In this document: positions 20,941 through 30,696 of the stretch, piece by piece
How positions within the stretch are numbered: the first letter of the stretch is position 1
Layout of the letters: each line of letters begins with the position of its first letter
Origin: Candidatus Bathyarchaeota archaeon
GTDB taxonomy: Archaea; Thermoproteota; Bathyarchaeia; Bathyarchaeales; Bathycorpusculaceae
Length of the DNA: 64,000 bases
Reading direction: 5' to 3'
NCBI GenBank assembly: GCA_963772455.1
Contig: CAVYXJ010000010.1
Span: 1-64,000, forward strand
Program-made: the position numbers and the translations under genes
The notes under the pieces: model-generated
Seen by the model: the letters and a program-made list of their open reading frames with translations, nothing else
Database searches by the model: none
Told to the model about the DNA's origin: nothing

Positions 20941-22363
20941 TTAGTATGTTTCGCAGCCGATATACTTGTTTGCTACTTCATTTAGCCATGGGTAAAGCTT
21001 TCGTAGCTTATCCATTGACTCAGCGACTTTTGCTGTTGGGTACTCATAGGGTTGGAGATGCCCATTAAAGTATTCATCGTAAGCCGACATGTCAAAGAAG
21101 CCGTGACCTGTTAATGCGAAAAGTAGCGTTTTGGATTCATTGGTTTTTACACATTGGCGGGCATCGTCAATCACTACTTTTATGGCATGAGTCGATTCTG
21201 GTGATGGGATAATTCCTTCCGACCGTATGAATATTTTGGCAGCGTCGAAAGCGTCAACTTGGTTAACTGCTAGTGTGCTTATTTGTTTCTCTTTGGCTAG
21301 TACGCTGATGGTTGGTGCTATGCCGTGGTAGCGTAGTCCGCCTGCATGGATTGGAGCTGGCATGAAGTCATGACCTAGCGTGTGCATGGGTACGAGCGGT
21401 GTTAATTTCGCTGTGTCCCCGTGGTCATAGGTATAGTAGCCTCTGGTGACTTTGGGGCAGGCTGATGGTTCAACCGCGATGTACTTGGTTTGTTTTGGTG
21501 CTTTCTTGGAAACTTTATCGTGAATAGAAAGGCCAGAAGAGACCCGAGAAGCTGCTTCCACCGCCGATGCATCCATAAATCGCGTCAGGATAGTCTTCTA
21601 CCATTTCCAACTGTTTTTTTGCTTCTATTCCTGCTACGGTTTGGTGCATGCAGACGTGGTTGAATACGCTTCCGATGGTGTAGTTTGCTTTCTTGCCTGT
21701 TTTTTCGCTTTCCAATGAGTCTTCTACTGCTTCGCTTATTGCGATGCCCAGAGAGCCTTGGTTTTCTGGGTCTTCAGCGAGGATTTTTCGTCCGGACGCT
21801 GTTTTGTTGCTTGGGCTGGCATACACTGTGGCGCCGAAAGCGTTCATCATGGCTTTGCGGTATGGCTTTTGGTTAAAGCTTGCTCGGACCATGTAAACAG
21901 TTGCTTCTAAACCGAACATGCCTGCTGCAAAGGATAATGCTGAACCCCATTGACCTGCTCCTGTTTCGGTTGTTACTCTTGTTATGCCTTCTTTCATGTT
22001 ATAGTAGGCTTGTGGGACAGCGCTGTTGGTTTTGTGGCTGCCTGAGGGACTAACGCCTTCATATTTGTAGTAGATTTTGGCGGGTGTTTTGAGCGCTTTC
22101 TCTAAGCCTAATGCTCGAAACAGCGGGGATGGTCTCCAGATCTTATAGATTTCTCGGACTTCGTCTGGGATGTTTATCCAGCGTTCTTGGCTTATTTCTT
22201 GTCCGATGATTTCTTTGGGAAATATCCGTGGGACTATGCCGACGCCTGGCTGTTTTGTTTCCGCATCTATGAATGGTGGAAGAGGGTGAGGTAGGTCTGG
22301 CACGATGTTGTACCATTGTTTGGGTATATCGCTTTCATTTAATAGAATTTTTCTGTCGGGCAT
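20941..22363 (-). CDS. trpB2: Tryptophan synthase beta chain, type 2 (apparent frameshift ~21520)
   Basis: [55 protein letters not shown]. Confidence 0.95.
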
Positions 22364-22419
22364 TTTTTCGCCTTCTTTAAGGTGTAAACCGTACTTTCAA
22401 GTTTTATTTAAGGCTTTTG

Positions 22420-22435
22420 CGTACAGTTTTGTACA
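22420..22435. promoter_or_regulatory. Paired TRP boxes (TrpY operator)
   Basis: CGTACA-GTTT-TGTACA matches the TGTACA TRP-box consensus, in the divergent trpB2/trpY gap. Confidence 0.75.
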
Positions 22436-22491
22436 TCATCAAACAACACTTTTATACCTAAACGAACAGAAATACACACAAGCGAACCAAA

Positions 22492-22995
22492 ATGTGGAAC
22501 CAAATCAAAACCCAACTCCAAGAATACCCCGAACGCCTCAAAGTAGCACGCGTACTCATAGAAAACGGCTTAAGCGCCAAAAACGACAAAATATACTTAA
22601 ACCAAATCGAAATCCCACCAGTCCGCATAGCAAGAGTAGCAGGCGTCGACAGAAGAACAGTAAACGAAACCCTAAACACCATCAAAGCAAACCCCGAACT
22701 AAAGATGATTTTTGAAGAAATCCGCCCCGCAGGACACTCACTAAAAGAAATCGCCAAACACCTAAACTTAGGAGTTCTAGAAATAACCCCGATAAATGCA
22801 AAGTCGCCTGGAATCTTATCTAACGCGGCAATGTTACTTAACAGGGCAGGTCTAAGCATCAGACAAGCAATTGTAGATGACCCCGAACTTTCACCTGAAC
22901 CAAAATTGACCTTGATTGTTGAGAAGAAGATCCCTGGAGAATTAATCCCTGAATTGTTAAAGATTTCAGGTGTAGCCAAAGTTTCCGTTTATTAA
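22492..22995 (+). CDS. trpY: TrpY-type tryptophan-responsive regulator (HTH + ACT)
   Basis: Starts MW with W2 as the only Trp; IARVAGVDRRTV HTH; GLSIRQAIVDDPEL ACT region; divergent from trpB2. Confidence 0.8.
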   Translation: MWNQIKTQLQEYPERLKVARVLIENGLSAKNDKIYLNQIEIPPVRIARVAGVDRRTVNETLNTIKANPELKMIFEEIRPAGHSLKEIAKHLNLGVLEITPINAKSPGILSNAAMLLNRAGLSIRQAIVDDPELSPEPKLTLIVEKKIPGELIPELLKISGVAKVSVY

Positions 22996-23146
22996 GCTCT
23001 GGCAAAAATGAAAGTATCACAGCCCTGAAAAAGGGATAATGATGCAAAAAACGCTCGTCTTGGCTTTGTTCAACATGCCTTGACTAGAAAAACTTATATG
23101 GTTAGTAACGTTTTGTTGTTGTTCGCATTATTGGAGGTTACTTGAT

Positions 23147-24815
23147 TTGTCATCATCACAAGCCGGTGGAATACCCATTCGCGTTATAAAAGAAGGATCA
23201 GATAGGTCTCGCGGTAGAGAAGCCCAACATAACAACATTATGGCTGCTAAAGTTGTAGCTGAAAGCGTTCGAAGCGCACTCGGACCAAAAGGCATGGATA
23301 AAATGTTAGTTGACAGCTTCGGCGATGTTACAATAACAAGCGATGGTCGAACAATTCTCGACGAAATGGATGTTCAACACCCAGCGGCTAAAATGCTCGT
23401 TGAAGTCGCCAAAACACAGGACAAAGAAGCGGGCGACGGAACAACATCTGCTGTCATCATTGCAGGCGAACTTTTGAGCAGAGCTGAAGAATTAATTGAT
23501 AAGAACATTCACCCAACAGTAATAATTGATGGTTATAGGAAAGCTGCTGACAAAGCGTTAGAAACTCTTGAAAAGATTGCCATACCCATAGACTTGAAAT
23601 CAACTGAGTACCTCAAGAAGGCAGCATCAACATCCATGGGTAGCAAACTCGTTGCTGAGTATAAGGATTATTTGGCAGATTTAGCCGTTAAAGCCATGAT
23701 GGCAGTCGCCGAGAAACAAGCAGACGGATCCTTCAGAGCCGACGTTGACGACGTGAAGGTTGAGAAGAAAACAGGCGAATCCCTCAAAGACACCAGCCTA
23801 ATCAACGGCATAGTTTTGGACAAAGAAATCGTTCACTCAGGCATGCCCAAGCGCTTGGAAAAAGCAAAAATTGCATTGCTTGAAGCGTCACTTGAAAATG
23901 AGAAGCCAGAGATGGACACGAAGATTAACATTGAAAGCCCCGATCAGATTGAAGCTTTCTTAAAGGAAGAAGAAACCATGCTAAGAAACATGGTTGATAA
24001 GGTCTTAGCTTCAGGCGCCAATGTGGTTATTTGCCAAAAAGGAATTGACGACATGGCTCAGCATTTCATGGCCAGAAAAGGCGTTATAGCCATTAGACGA
24101 GCTAAGAAATCTGACATGGAAAAGCTTGCAAGAGCTACCGGCGCCAAAATCATAAGCAACATAGATGCACTCACAGCTTCAGATCTTGGTTACGCCGCTT
24201 TAGTGGAAGAACGCAGAACTGGCGATGACAAGATGACGTACATCGAAGGCTGCAAGAACCCCAAGTCAGTTACGCTTTTGATTAGGGGTGGAACACAGCG
24301 AATGACTGCAGAAGCCGAACGTTCAATACACGATGCACTATGTGTAGTCAAAGACCTTATTGAAGATCCAAGAATCGTCGCTGGGGGAAGCGCTCCAGAA
24401 ATGGAGATGTCAAGCATTCTCAAGAAATATGCTCAAACCGTGCAGGGAAGAGAGCAACTGGCAATCACAATATTTGCCGAATCCCTCGAAGCAATAGCTG
24501 TAACCCTTGCAGAAAACGCAGGTTTGGACCCCGTTGACATCCTTTCAGAGTTACGAACTCAGACATCAAAAAGGCGAAACATGGGCAGGCATCGATGTTC
24601 TCGCAGGCAAAGTCGAAGATATGACAAAAATAAATGTCTATGAACCTCTCGCAGTCAAAAAACAAATCATCAAGTCAGCGAATGAAGCCGCATCGATGAT
24701 TCTCAAAATCGACGACGTCATAGCCTCTCAAAAAATGAAGACACCTCCAATGCCACCAGGAGGAATGCCAGGCGGAATGGGCGGTATGGGTGGAATGCCG
24801 GGTGGAATGATGTAA
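23147..24815 (+). CDS. ths: Thermosome (group II chaperonin) subunit (apparent frameshift ~24560)
   Basis: [36 protein letters not shown]-repeat tail. Confidence 0.97.
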
Positions 24816-24816
24816 A

Positions 24817-25062
24817 ATGTCAGCACAAACAATTATTGTAGGGCCCCCAAAAATTACTCGCTTCGAGAAAGCACGAATAGTGGGCGCACGTGCACTTCAA
24901 ATCTCGATGGGAGCACCAATCTTGGTAGATGCAGCCGAAAACACAAACCCGATTGACATAGCACTCAGTGAGCTTGACGCAGGAGTCTTGCCAATCACTA
25001 TTAGAAGAACATTGCCAGATGGGACTTTCCAAGATATTCCATTAAAATGGCTATTATCTTAA
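24817..25062 (+). CDS. rpoK: RNA polymerase subunit Rpo6/K
   Basis: [33 protein letters not shown]. Confidence 0.97.
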   Translation: MSAQTIIVGPPKITRFEKARIVGARALQISMGAPILVDAAENTNPIDIALSELDAGVLPITIRRTLPDGTFQDIPLKWLLS

Positions 25063-25164
25063 GCCTCAATTTTTCTCTTTTATTTTATAGTTTTAATCAG
25101 TTTTGCTCTTTTCCTAGTTTTTCCCTCTTGTTTCTAAGTTCCCGTAGCCGAAAACTTGAAACCA

Positions 25165-25426
25165 CTACATGAGTTCCACCGCATCGTTTTAAAAACCAAA
25201 GGCAAAGAGGTTGCACGCTGAGAAGTGGCACAATTCAGCGGGATTTCAAAGTCGTAGTCGTTGACTACTCTATTGCAGTTAAAGCGCCGAACTAAGAGCC
25301 AAACATCCAATGCCCATGGCAGACAGTGTAATAGCCGCAATAGCCCAAATCTAGGAGTGCACGCTTTTTTCCGATGACAATCACTTTAAAAATGTTGAAA
25401 ACCTCAAGACATCCTGGTGCAAATGA
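25165..25426 (+). pseudogene. Degraded PIN/VapC toxin remnant
   Basis: Stitched frames give LHEFHRIVLKTKGKEVA..DFKVVVVDYSIAVK/AELRAKHPMPMADSVIAAIAQI*ECTLFSDDNHFKNV; no N-terminus; in-frame TAG 25352-25354. Confidence 0.7.
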
Positions 25427-25432
25427 AAAACC

Positions 25433-25910
25433 CTATAGGCTGAGGTTTTTTTGCTGCGCTTGAGTTAGTGTTTCTGTGATTTGTTTCCAGTGGGCGCCTT
25501 GCCAGTAGATTTGGCCGCAGTTGGGGCACTTCCAAAATTTGTTATAGTAGGTGAACGTGTTTTTTTCTAATTCGAGCTTGGAGTTCCTCTTTATTTGCGG
25601 CTTGGAGTTTGGCGTTGCAGATTGGGCAATGCGACTTATCCATATCAATCTCCAAAGTTAAGCCATAACGTTTGGCTACTTGTGCTAACCGCTCCGGCTC
25701 GGTCTTGCCTTCAATATAGTAAGCGTCTATGCCCTTGCCGATGGCACGTTTATAGAGTTCCAAATCCTTCGTCAACAAAACCCGCTCTTCCTTTTTTGCC
25801 AGCTCTAAAAGCTCAGAGTCGTTAAACACGACCGAATAAATAACGTCGTGTCCTAACATGCGTAGCCAACGGGCCAGTTTCCCAAGCATTCCGTCAGCGA
25901 GGAACTTCAA
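25433..25910 (-). CDS. Mut7-C RNase domain protein (PIN + Zn ribbon), apparent frameshift ~25585
   Basis: KFLADGMLGKLARWLRMLGHD, ERVLLTKD, CPICN, FWKCPNCGQIYWQGAHW. Confidence 0.9.
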
Positions 25911-27263
25911 CCGCTGCCTCTTCCGAATGATAAAACCGCTTCCGCCCTTAGCCACAATCTCACCGTCGTCAAAGACCAGTTGCCCGTTCACTATTGTTTT
26001 TACTACTTTGCCCTGAACATCCCAGCCATCGTAAGGGGAGAACTTGGCTTTGGATTTGAATTTTGAAGCGTCAATCTTGAATTGGCGATTATAATCAACC
26101 ACAGTTAGGTCCGCGTTTTTGCCCTGTTCCAGCCTTCCGCGGTCGTATAAGCCGTAGATTTCTGCTGGTTTCTCCGCAATCAAATGAACTGCTTGAGTTA
26201 GGGTTAGGCGATTTTTCTTGATTTGTGTCATGATGAGTGGTAGAGTTGTTTCTAGTCCTGGCACGCCGACTTTGACTTCCCATACGCTGCTGGCTGACTT
26301 TTCTTCTTTAGTGTGAGGTGCGTGGTCTGAACCAACAGTATCTACTGTTCCCGCTTCTATGCCCTTCCAGAGAGCGTCAAGGTGGGTTTTGTCTCTGAGT
26401 GGCGGTGCCATAATCGCCAGCTGCCCATACTGCTTCAAATCTTGACTGGACAACAAAAGATGGTTGGGTGTAACTTCGCAGGTTACTTTTCTCCCAGATT
26501 TTTTTGCTTCTGCAATGGCGTTTAGGCTTTCTTCGGTTGAGATGTGGCAGAAATGCAGCCGCACATCGGTTTGCTGGCAAAGTTTTAATAGACGTTGGAT
26601 TGATTTCAGTTCAACTGCTTCCGTGTGCGCTCTAAAGAAGTCGGTTGTTCCAATTTTTTTGGCTTGCTTGAGTTTATCTTCGTTTGCCGTTAACAATTCC
26701 CTGTCTTCGGCATGAACTGCAACTGGCACATTCAATTTGGCGACTTCCTTGAATGCTTCTTGGATTGCTTGGTCATTATCAAAGTTTAAGCCGCCTACTT
26801 GGGAACCCATAAAAAGCTTAAACCCTACTGCGCCTTCAACAACTATGTCTTGCAGTTCCGGCAGTTTTTTGGGAAATTCAGAGTAAAACCCAACGTTAAC
26901 AAGGATTTTACTTTGGGCAATGCTCATGCGGTTACATAAGGTTCTAACACTCATTGTGACAGGATCGTTGTTTGGCATATCCAAAACAGTGGTGAATCCT
27001 CCAGCAACCGCAGCGGCGGTTCCCGAAAAGAAATCTTCCTTGTACGCTCTGCCTTCATCGCGTAAGTGAACGTGTTCATCAATCAGCCCAGGCAAAACCA
27101 GAAGGTCGTGCAAGTTAGTTTTTTCGTCTGCGTTTGGCATTTGGGTTTCTTTGCCGATTTTCTGGATTTTTCCTTCTTCGATAGCTATGCTGCAGTCAAT
27201 AATTTGTCCGTAGATGTACGCTTTGGCGTTTGTGAAAACAGAGTCAACAATCAAAGGAGTCAC
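25907..27263 (-). CDS. pyrC: Dihydroorotase/allantoinase family amidohydrolase (reads in-frame into Mut7-C as sequenced)
   Basis: PGLIDEHVHLRD, GFTTVLDMPN, HAED, HFCHIST, MAPPLR, GSDHAPH, SKAKFSPYDGW. Confidence 0.85.
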
Positions 27264-27333
27264 GGTCTATTGAATAGCGGTTAGTTTAGTTAATTAAAGT
27301 TTTTTTGATTAAAAAATAATTGAAAAGAAATAC

Positions 27334-27912
27334 TTATTTTTCTTGTTCAAATTCTACGCGACATTCGTCGCAGATGTTTTGCCCATTGCGTTCCTTCAGG
27401 TTTTCATTGTATGCACTACAGCGGTCGCAGTATCCTGACATCGGAACTTCTTCGTCTTCTTCTGTGCGTGCCTCGCCTTCGATACGTGATTTCTCCTCCA
27501 TTGTTTCAATCAACTCAGGCATTACTCCAAGGATGTCTTTGCTTGAGACTATTCCAAGCAGGTTACCTTTGTAAATTACGCCGAGCCGTCTGATATCAAG
27601 CCTTGTCATTCTTTTTGCTGCATCGCTTATGGTTGCTTCGGGCTCTATTGTAACAAGGGGGGTTGTCATGATTTCTTTGCCCTTTATGGTGTCGGGCTTA
27701 AGATTCTTGGCTATCACCCTATTGACTAAGTCGCGTTCAGTTATGATGCCAATTGATTTGCCTGCTTTGTTGGTAACTATTACGGCGCCTAAATTGTTTT
27801 TTTCCATGCTGACGGCAGCTTTGTTGGAGGGTTCATCTTCATCGATGGTGATTACTGGGCTGCTCATGATGTCTCTAACTAACATTTTTGTTCTTAATCC
27901 AATTTCAGCCAT
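27334..27912 (-). CDS. CBS-pair protein with C-terminal Zn finger
   Basis: VRDIMSSPVIT, GIITERD, IMTTPLVTI; GYCDRC..ICDEC. Confidence 0.9.
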   Translation of the reverse strand: MAEIGLRTKMLVRDIMSSPVITIDEDEPSNKAAVSMEKNNLGAVIVTNKAGKSIGIITERDLVNRVIAKNLKPDTIKGKEIMTTPLVTIEPEATISDAAKRMTRLDIRRLGVIYKGNLLGIVSSKDILGVMPELIETMEEKSRIEGEARTEEDEEVPMSGYCDRCSAYNENLKERNGQNICDECRVEFEQEK

Positions 27913-28062
27913 GGCACAATTCACTTCCGACAATTTAGGTTCTTAGTTTCTGTATCATCATTAAAGAAAAGCATAATTTAAGAGTTGCTTAACCCCAAAA
28001 AGCCCCGTGAAGTTTTATTAGCTCCCGCGCAAATAGACCCCAATGTCAAAAGGGACCAGTTA

Positions 28063-28950
28063 ATGCTTAAAACAAACGTTAATAAACTCATTAAAATCTC
28101 GGTTATGGGCGAAATCGCCAGCCCAACAATTCGCTCAGTTTACAATATTTCAGCTGCAGGAAAAGCTTTGGTTCTACCAGGCGTTGGTGGCATAACTTAC
28201 AATTTGAGAGTTGGTGACCCTGCGTGCGGCTGGGAAGCAGATCACGTAGAACCAGGCGTAAGTGTGGAAAACAAGGAAAACGACTCTCGATCAGGGCAAG
28301 CGGCCAACACGGCATTTAACGTTCTTTCATGTGTTGGTAACCAAGCAATAGTTGCGGCGGGCGAAAAAAAAGGGGCAAAAGGTGTAGTCACGGGAAAACA
28401 TGGTGGAATAGAACATGTGCTGATTGATTTTCCGCAGGAAGTTTTGGAACAACTTCTGATCGGTGATAGAATTCTCATAAAATCTTTTGGCTTAGGTTTG
28501 AAGCTTTTAGATTTTCCTGACGTAAAAGTCCTTAATATTGCCCCAGGTTTGCTTGAGGCATGGAATCCCAAACCAAATGGCGATAAGCTGGAAGTTCCAG
28601 TTACACATATTGTGCCAGCTGCGATTATGGGTTCTGGACTGGGTTCAAATCAAGTAAATTCTGGAGATTATGACATTCAATTGTTTGATGAATCAGTTGT
28701 TGAGCAATATGGGCTTGAAAGTTTGAGGTTGGGCGATTTTGTTGCGATTATTGACGCAGACCACTCGTTTGGCAGAATTTACCGTCAAGGCGCCATCTCG
28801 GTAGGAGTAGTTGTCCATACAAACTGCGTCACAGCTGGACACGGACCAGGAGTTACAACCCTAATGACTTCATCCAATGGAAAGATTATTCCCCAGATAA
28901 CTCAGAACGCAAACGTCGCTTCGCTACTAAAATTACGGGCAGATATATAA
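28063..28950 (+). CDS. DUF4438 family protein
   Basis: LPGVGGITYN, ADHVEPGVS, GKHGGIEH, GDYDI, AGHGPG. Confidence 0.8.
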   Translation: MLKTNVNKLIKISVMGEIASPTIRSVYNISAAGKALVLPGVGGITYNLRVGDPACGWEADHVEPGVSVENKENDSRSGQAANTAFNVLSCVGNQAIVAAGEKKGAKGVVTGKHGGIEHVLIDFPQEVLEQLLIGDRILIKSFGLGLKLLDFPDVKVLNIAPGLLEAWNPKPNGDKLEVPVTHIVPAAIMGSGLGSNQVNSGDYDIQLFDESVVEQYGLESLRLGDFVAIIDADHSFGRIYRQGAISVGVVVHTNCVTAGHGPGVTTLMTSSNGKIIPQITQNANVASLLKLRADI

Positions 28951-28995
28951 GATAGTAAAGTCAATAAATGGAACACTAGGAAAGAGGTCAAAATA

Positions 28996-29289
28996 ATGCC
29001 CGTTAAGCGAAAAAGCCGAGGAAGGTCAAAAGGAAACAAAGGAAGCAGTACTCTTGTTCAATGTGCAAATTGCGGTGCGTCAGTGCCAAGAGATAAAGCT
29101 AAACGGTCCACACGCAGAGTATCCTTTGTTGAACCACAGTTAGCTAAAGAGCTTAGACAAAGCGGCACATACTTAGCCTCTTGGGTAGATACAAAATTCT
29201 ATTGCATTTCATGTGCAGTTCACCGCGGCATCGTTAAGGTCCGCGCCGAAAACGAACGACATTCAAAAGGCTATAAACGTAGATATTAA
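28996..29289 (+). CDS. rps26e: 30S ribosomal protein eS26
   Basis: MPVKRKSRGRSKG, VQCANCG..VPRDKA, YCISCAVH.GIVKVR. Confidence 0.97.
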   Translation: MPVKRKSRGRSKGNKGSSTLVQCANCGASVPRDKAKRSTRRVSFVEPQLAKELRQSGTYLASWVDTKFYCISCAVHRGIVKVRAENERHSKGYKRRY

Positions 29290-29310
29290 GCGACTATCGC
29301 TGCTTTTTCT

Positions 29311-29931
29311 TTATTTCTTTAATACTTTGTAAACGTGCATTGCTCTTTGTATAACTGTAAAGTTTGAAAGCACGGCCAACAAAGCAATTCCGTAACCTAA
29401 AGCTGGCAACCAGAAGAACGCAATTACGGATATTACTGTCAAAATAAGCATACGTTCTGCCCGTTCAGCTAAACCTATTGACTCCATTTTTATTCCCGCA
29501 GCTTCAGCTCTTGCACGCGTATAACTTACCATCATAGAGCCTACCAAAGCAGCTAAGCCCCAAACTGAACCCCAAATATAACCCCAAGCTGGATTGCTTA
29601 AACCAGCTATTATTATGGCGGCATAAACGGCCGCATCGGCGTACCTATCAAGGACTGAATCAAAGAAACCTCCGAACACAGTTGTCTGTTGGAAAGTTCT
29701 AGCCACAATACCATCCAATGTGTCGCAGAATCCCGAAGCTAAAAGAAAAACCACCGCCAAAATAAGAAACCAGGACGATTCAGCTGTAACTAGAAAATAT
29801 GAAGCCGCCGAGGCTAAGGCAAGTATGAATCCGATTAAACTTATTTTGTTGGGAGTCAAACTTAACTTGTGCGCGGCATTGGCTTGTGAAGTAAGCATTT
29901 GCTGAATTTGTTTCTTGAGTTTGGTAAGCAA
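29311..29931 (-). CDS. CDP-alcohol phosphatidyltransferase (archaetidylinositol-phosphate synthase-like)
   Basis: TPN, DTLDGIVAR..GGFFDSVLDRYAD, SYTRARAE, GLAERAER. Confidence 0.9.
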   Translation of the reverse strand: MLTKLKKQIQQMLTSQANAAHKLSLTPNKISLIGFILALASAASYFLVTAESSWFLILAVVFLLASGFCDTLDGIVARTFQQTTVFGGFFDSVLDRYADAAVYAAIIIAGLSNPAWGYIWGSVWGLAALVGSMMVSYTRARAEAAGIKMESIGLAERAERMLILTVISVIAFFWLPALGYGIALLAVLSNFTVIQRAMHVYKVLKK

Positions 29932-30071
29932 AGTAAACTCTCGACTTGGCAGATGTTATTGCAGATTAAGGAGAGGCTGTAGAAAAGCCTTTCTTAGAGT
30001 CGTGTTGAACATTTTTTGTTCATGGGCGATTTTTCAATGAACTTATTAGGAAGAACTGTAATATTTGAAAT

Positions 30072-30112
30072 TGACGTTCTGCCGCGCAACAAAGCGCAAC
30101 ACAGCAACGTTA
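30072..30112 (+). promoter_or_regulatory. Candidate structured 5' leader of alba
   Basis: Nested stems TGACGTT/AACGTTA, CTG/CAG, GCGC/GCGC around an AACAAA loop. Confidence 0.45.
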
Positions 30113-30144
30113 CACTAAGCAAACAATAAAGGAGAAAAACAAAA

Positions 30145-30435
30145 ATGACTCAAAACAACTCAGATGTTATCTTCGTAGGAAACAAACCTCCAATGAGCTA
30201 TGTTCTAGCAATCATAACGAGCCTCTCTGCAGGAAACCTAAAAGAAATTACTTTGAAAGCAAGAGGTCAAGCTATTACGACTGCTGTTGACGTAGCTGAA
30301 ATCACAAGAAACCGATTCGTTAAAGACCTAAAAGTTAGTAAGATTGCAATCGGAACAGTAGAGATGCCACCACGTGAGGGAGAAACCAGGTCCAGAATGG
30401 TTTCCACGATGGAGATAACTCTAATTAAAAAGTAG
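30145..30435 (+). CDS. albA: DNA/RNA-binding protein Alba
   Basis: IFVGNKPPMSYVLA, KARGQAITTAVDVAE, VSTMEI. Confidence 0.97.
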   Translation: MTQNNSDVIFVGNKPPMSYVLAIITSLSAGNLKEITLKARGQAITTAVDVAEITRNRFVKDLKVSKIAIGTVEMPPREGETRSRMVSTMEITLIKK

Positions 30436-30498
30436 ATTGGACTACAAAAAATTAGAAACCTAATCCAAACTTCTTCTATTTTTTGATTTGTTTATGTA

Positions 30499-30618
30499 GT
30501 GTTCTTACTGAGCAATAATATGAAACCTTGTTCACCATCCTATTTTGACCATAATAGGAATCATTACAGAAACTAATGAGAAGGTTGGTGTCTTTTTAAG
30601 GAGTAACCATAAGAACAC
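30499..30618. ncRNA. Candidate ~120-nt structured ncRNA, family unknown
   Basis: Perfect 9-bp closing stem GTGTTCTTA/TAAGAACAC with four compatible nested helices. Confidence 0.45.
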
Positions 30619-30696
30619 CCTCAATTCAGGCTAGATTTTTTGCATCGTAAAGTTAAATAGCTGATTTTGTTAGATAGAGAATTACTCTGTGAGAAA

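Noticed and set aside
24750-24812. GGNATG tandem repeats
   Set aside because: They encode the normal GGM tail of chaperonins.
23147-24815. Programmed frameshifting or split genes in thermosome, tes, trpB2, rpoE1
   Set aside because: No common slippery sequence or stimulator; best explained as sequencing indels.
25542-27263. 573-aa dihydroorotase-Mut7-C fusion in the ORF track
   Set aside because: Removing one base near 25920 ends pyrC at a TGA overlapping the Mut7-C TTG (TTGA overlap, GAGG upstream). In this indel-rich region an artefact is more likely.
30520-30585. Fluoride riboswitch or hammerhead (GTTCACC, CTAATGA, CTGA..GAAAC)
   Set aside because: The GGYGATG 5' strand, the pseudoknot partner and the hammerhead stems are missing. 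Kept only as an unknown structured RNA.
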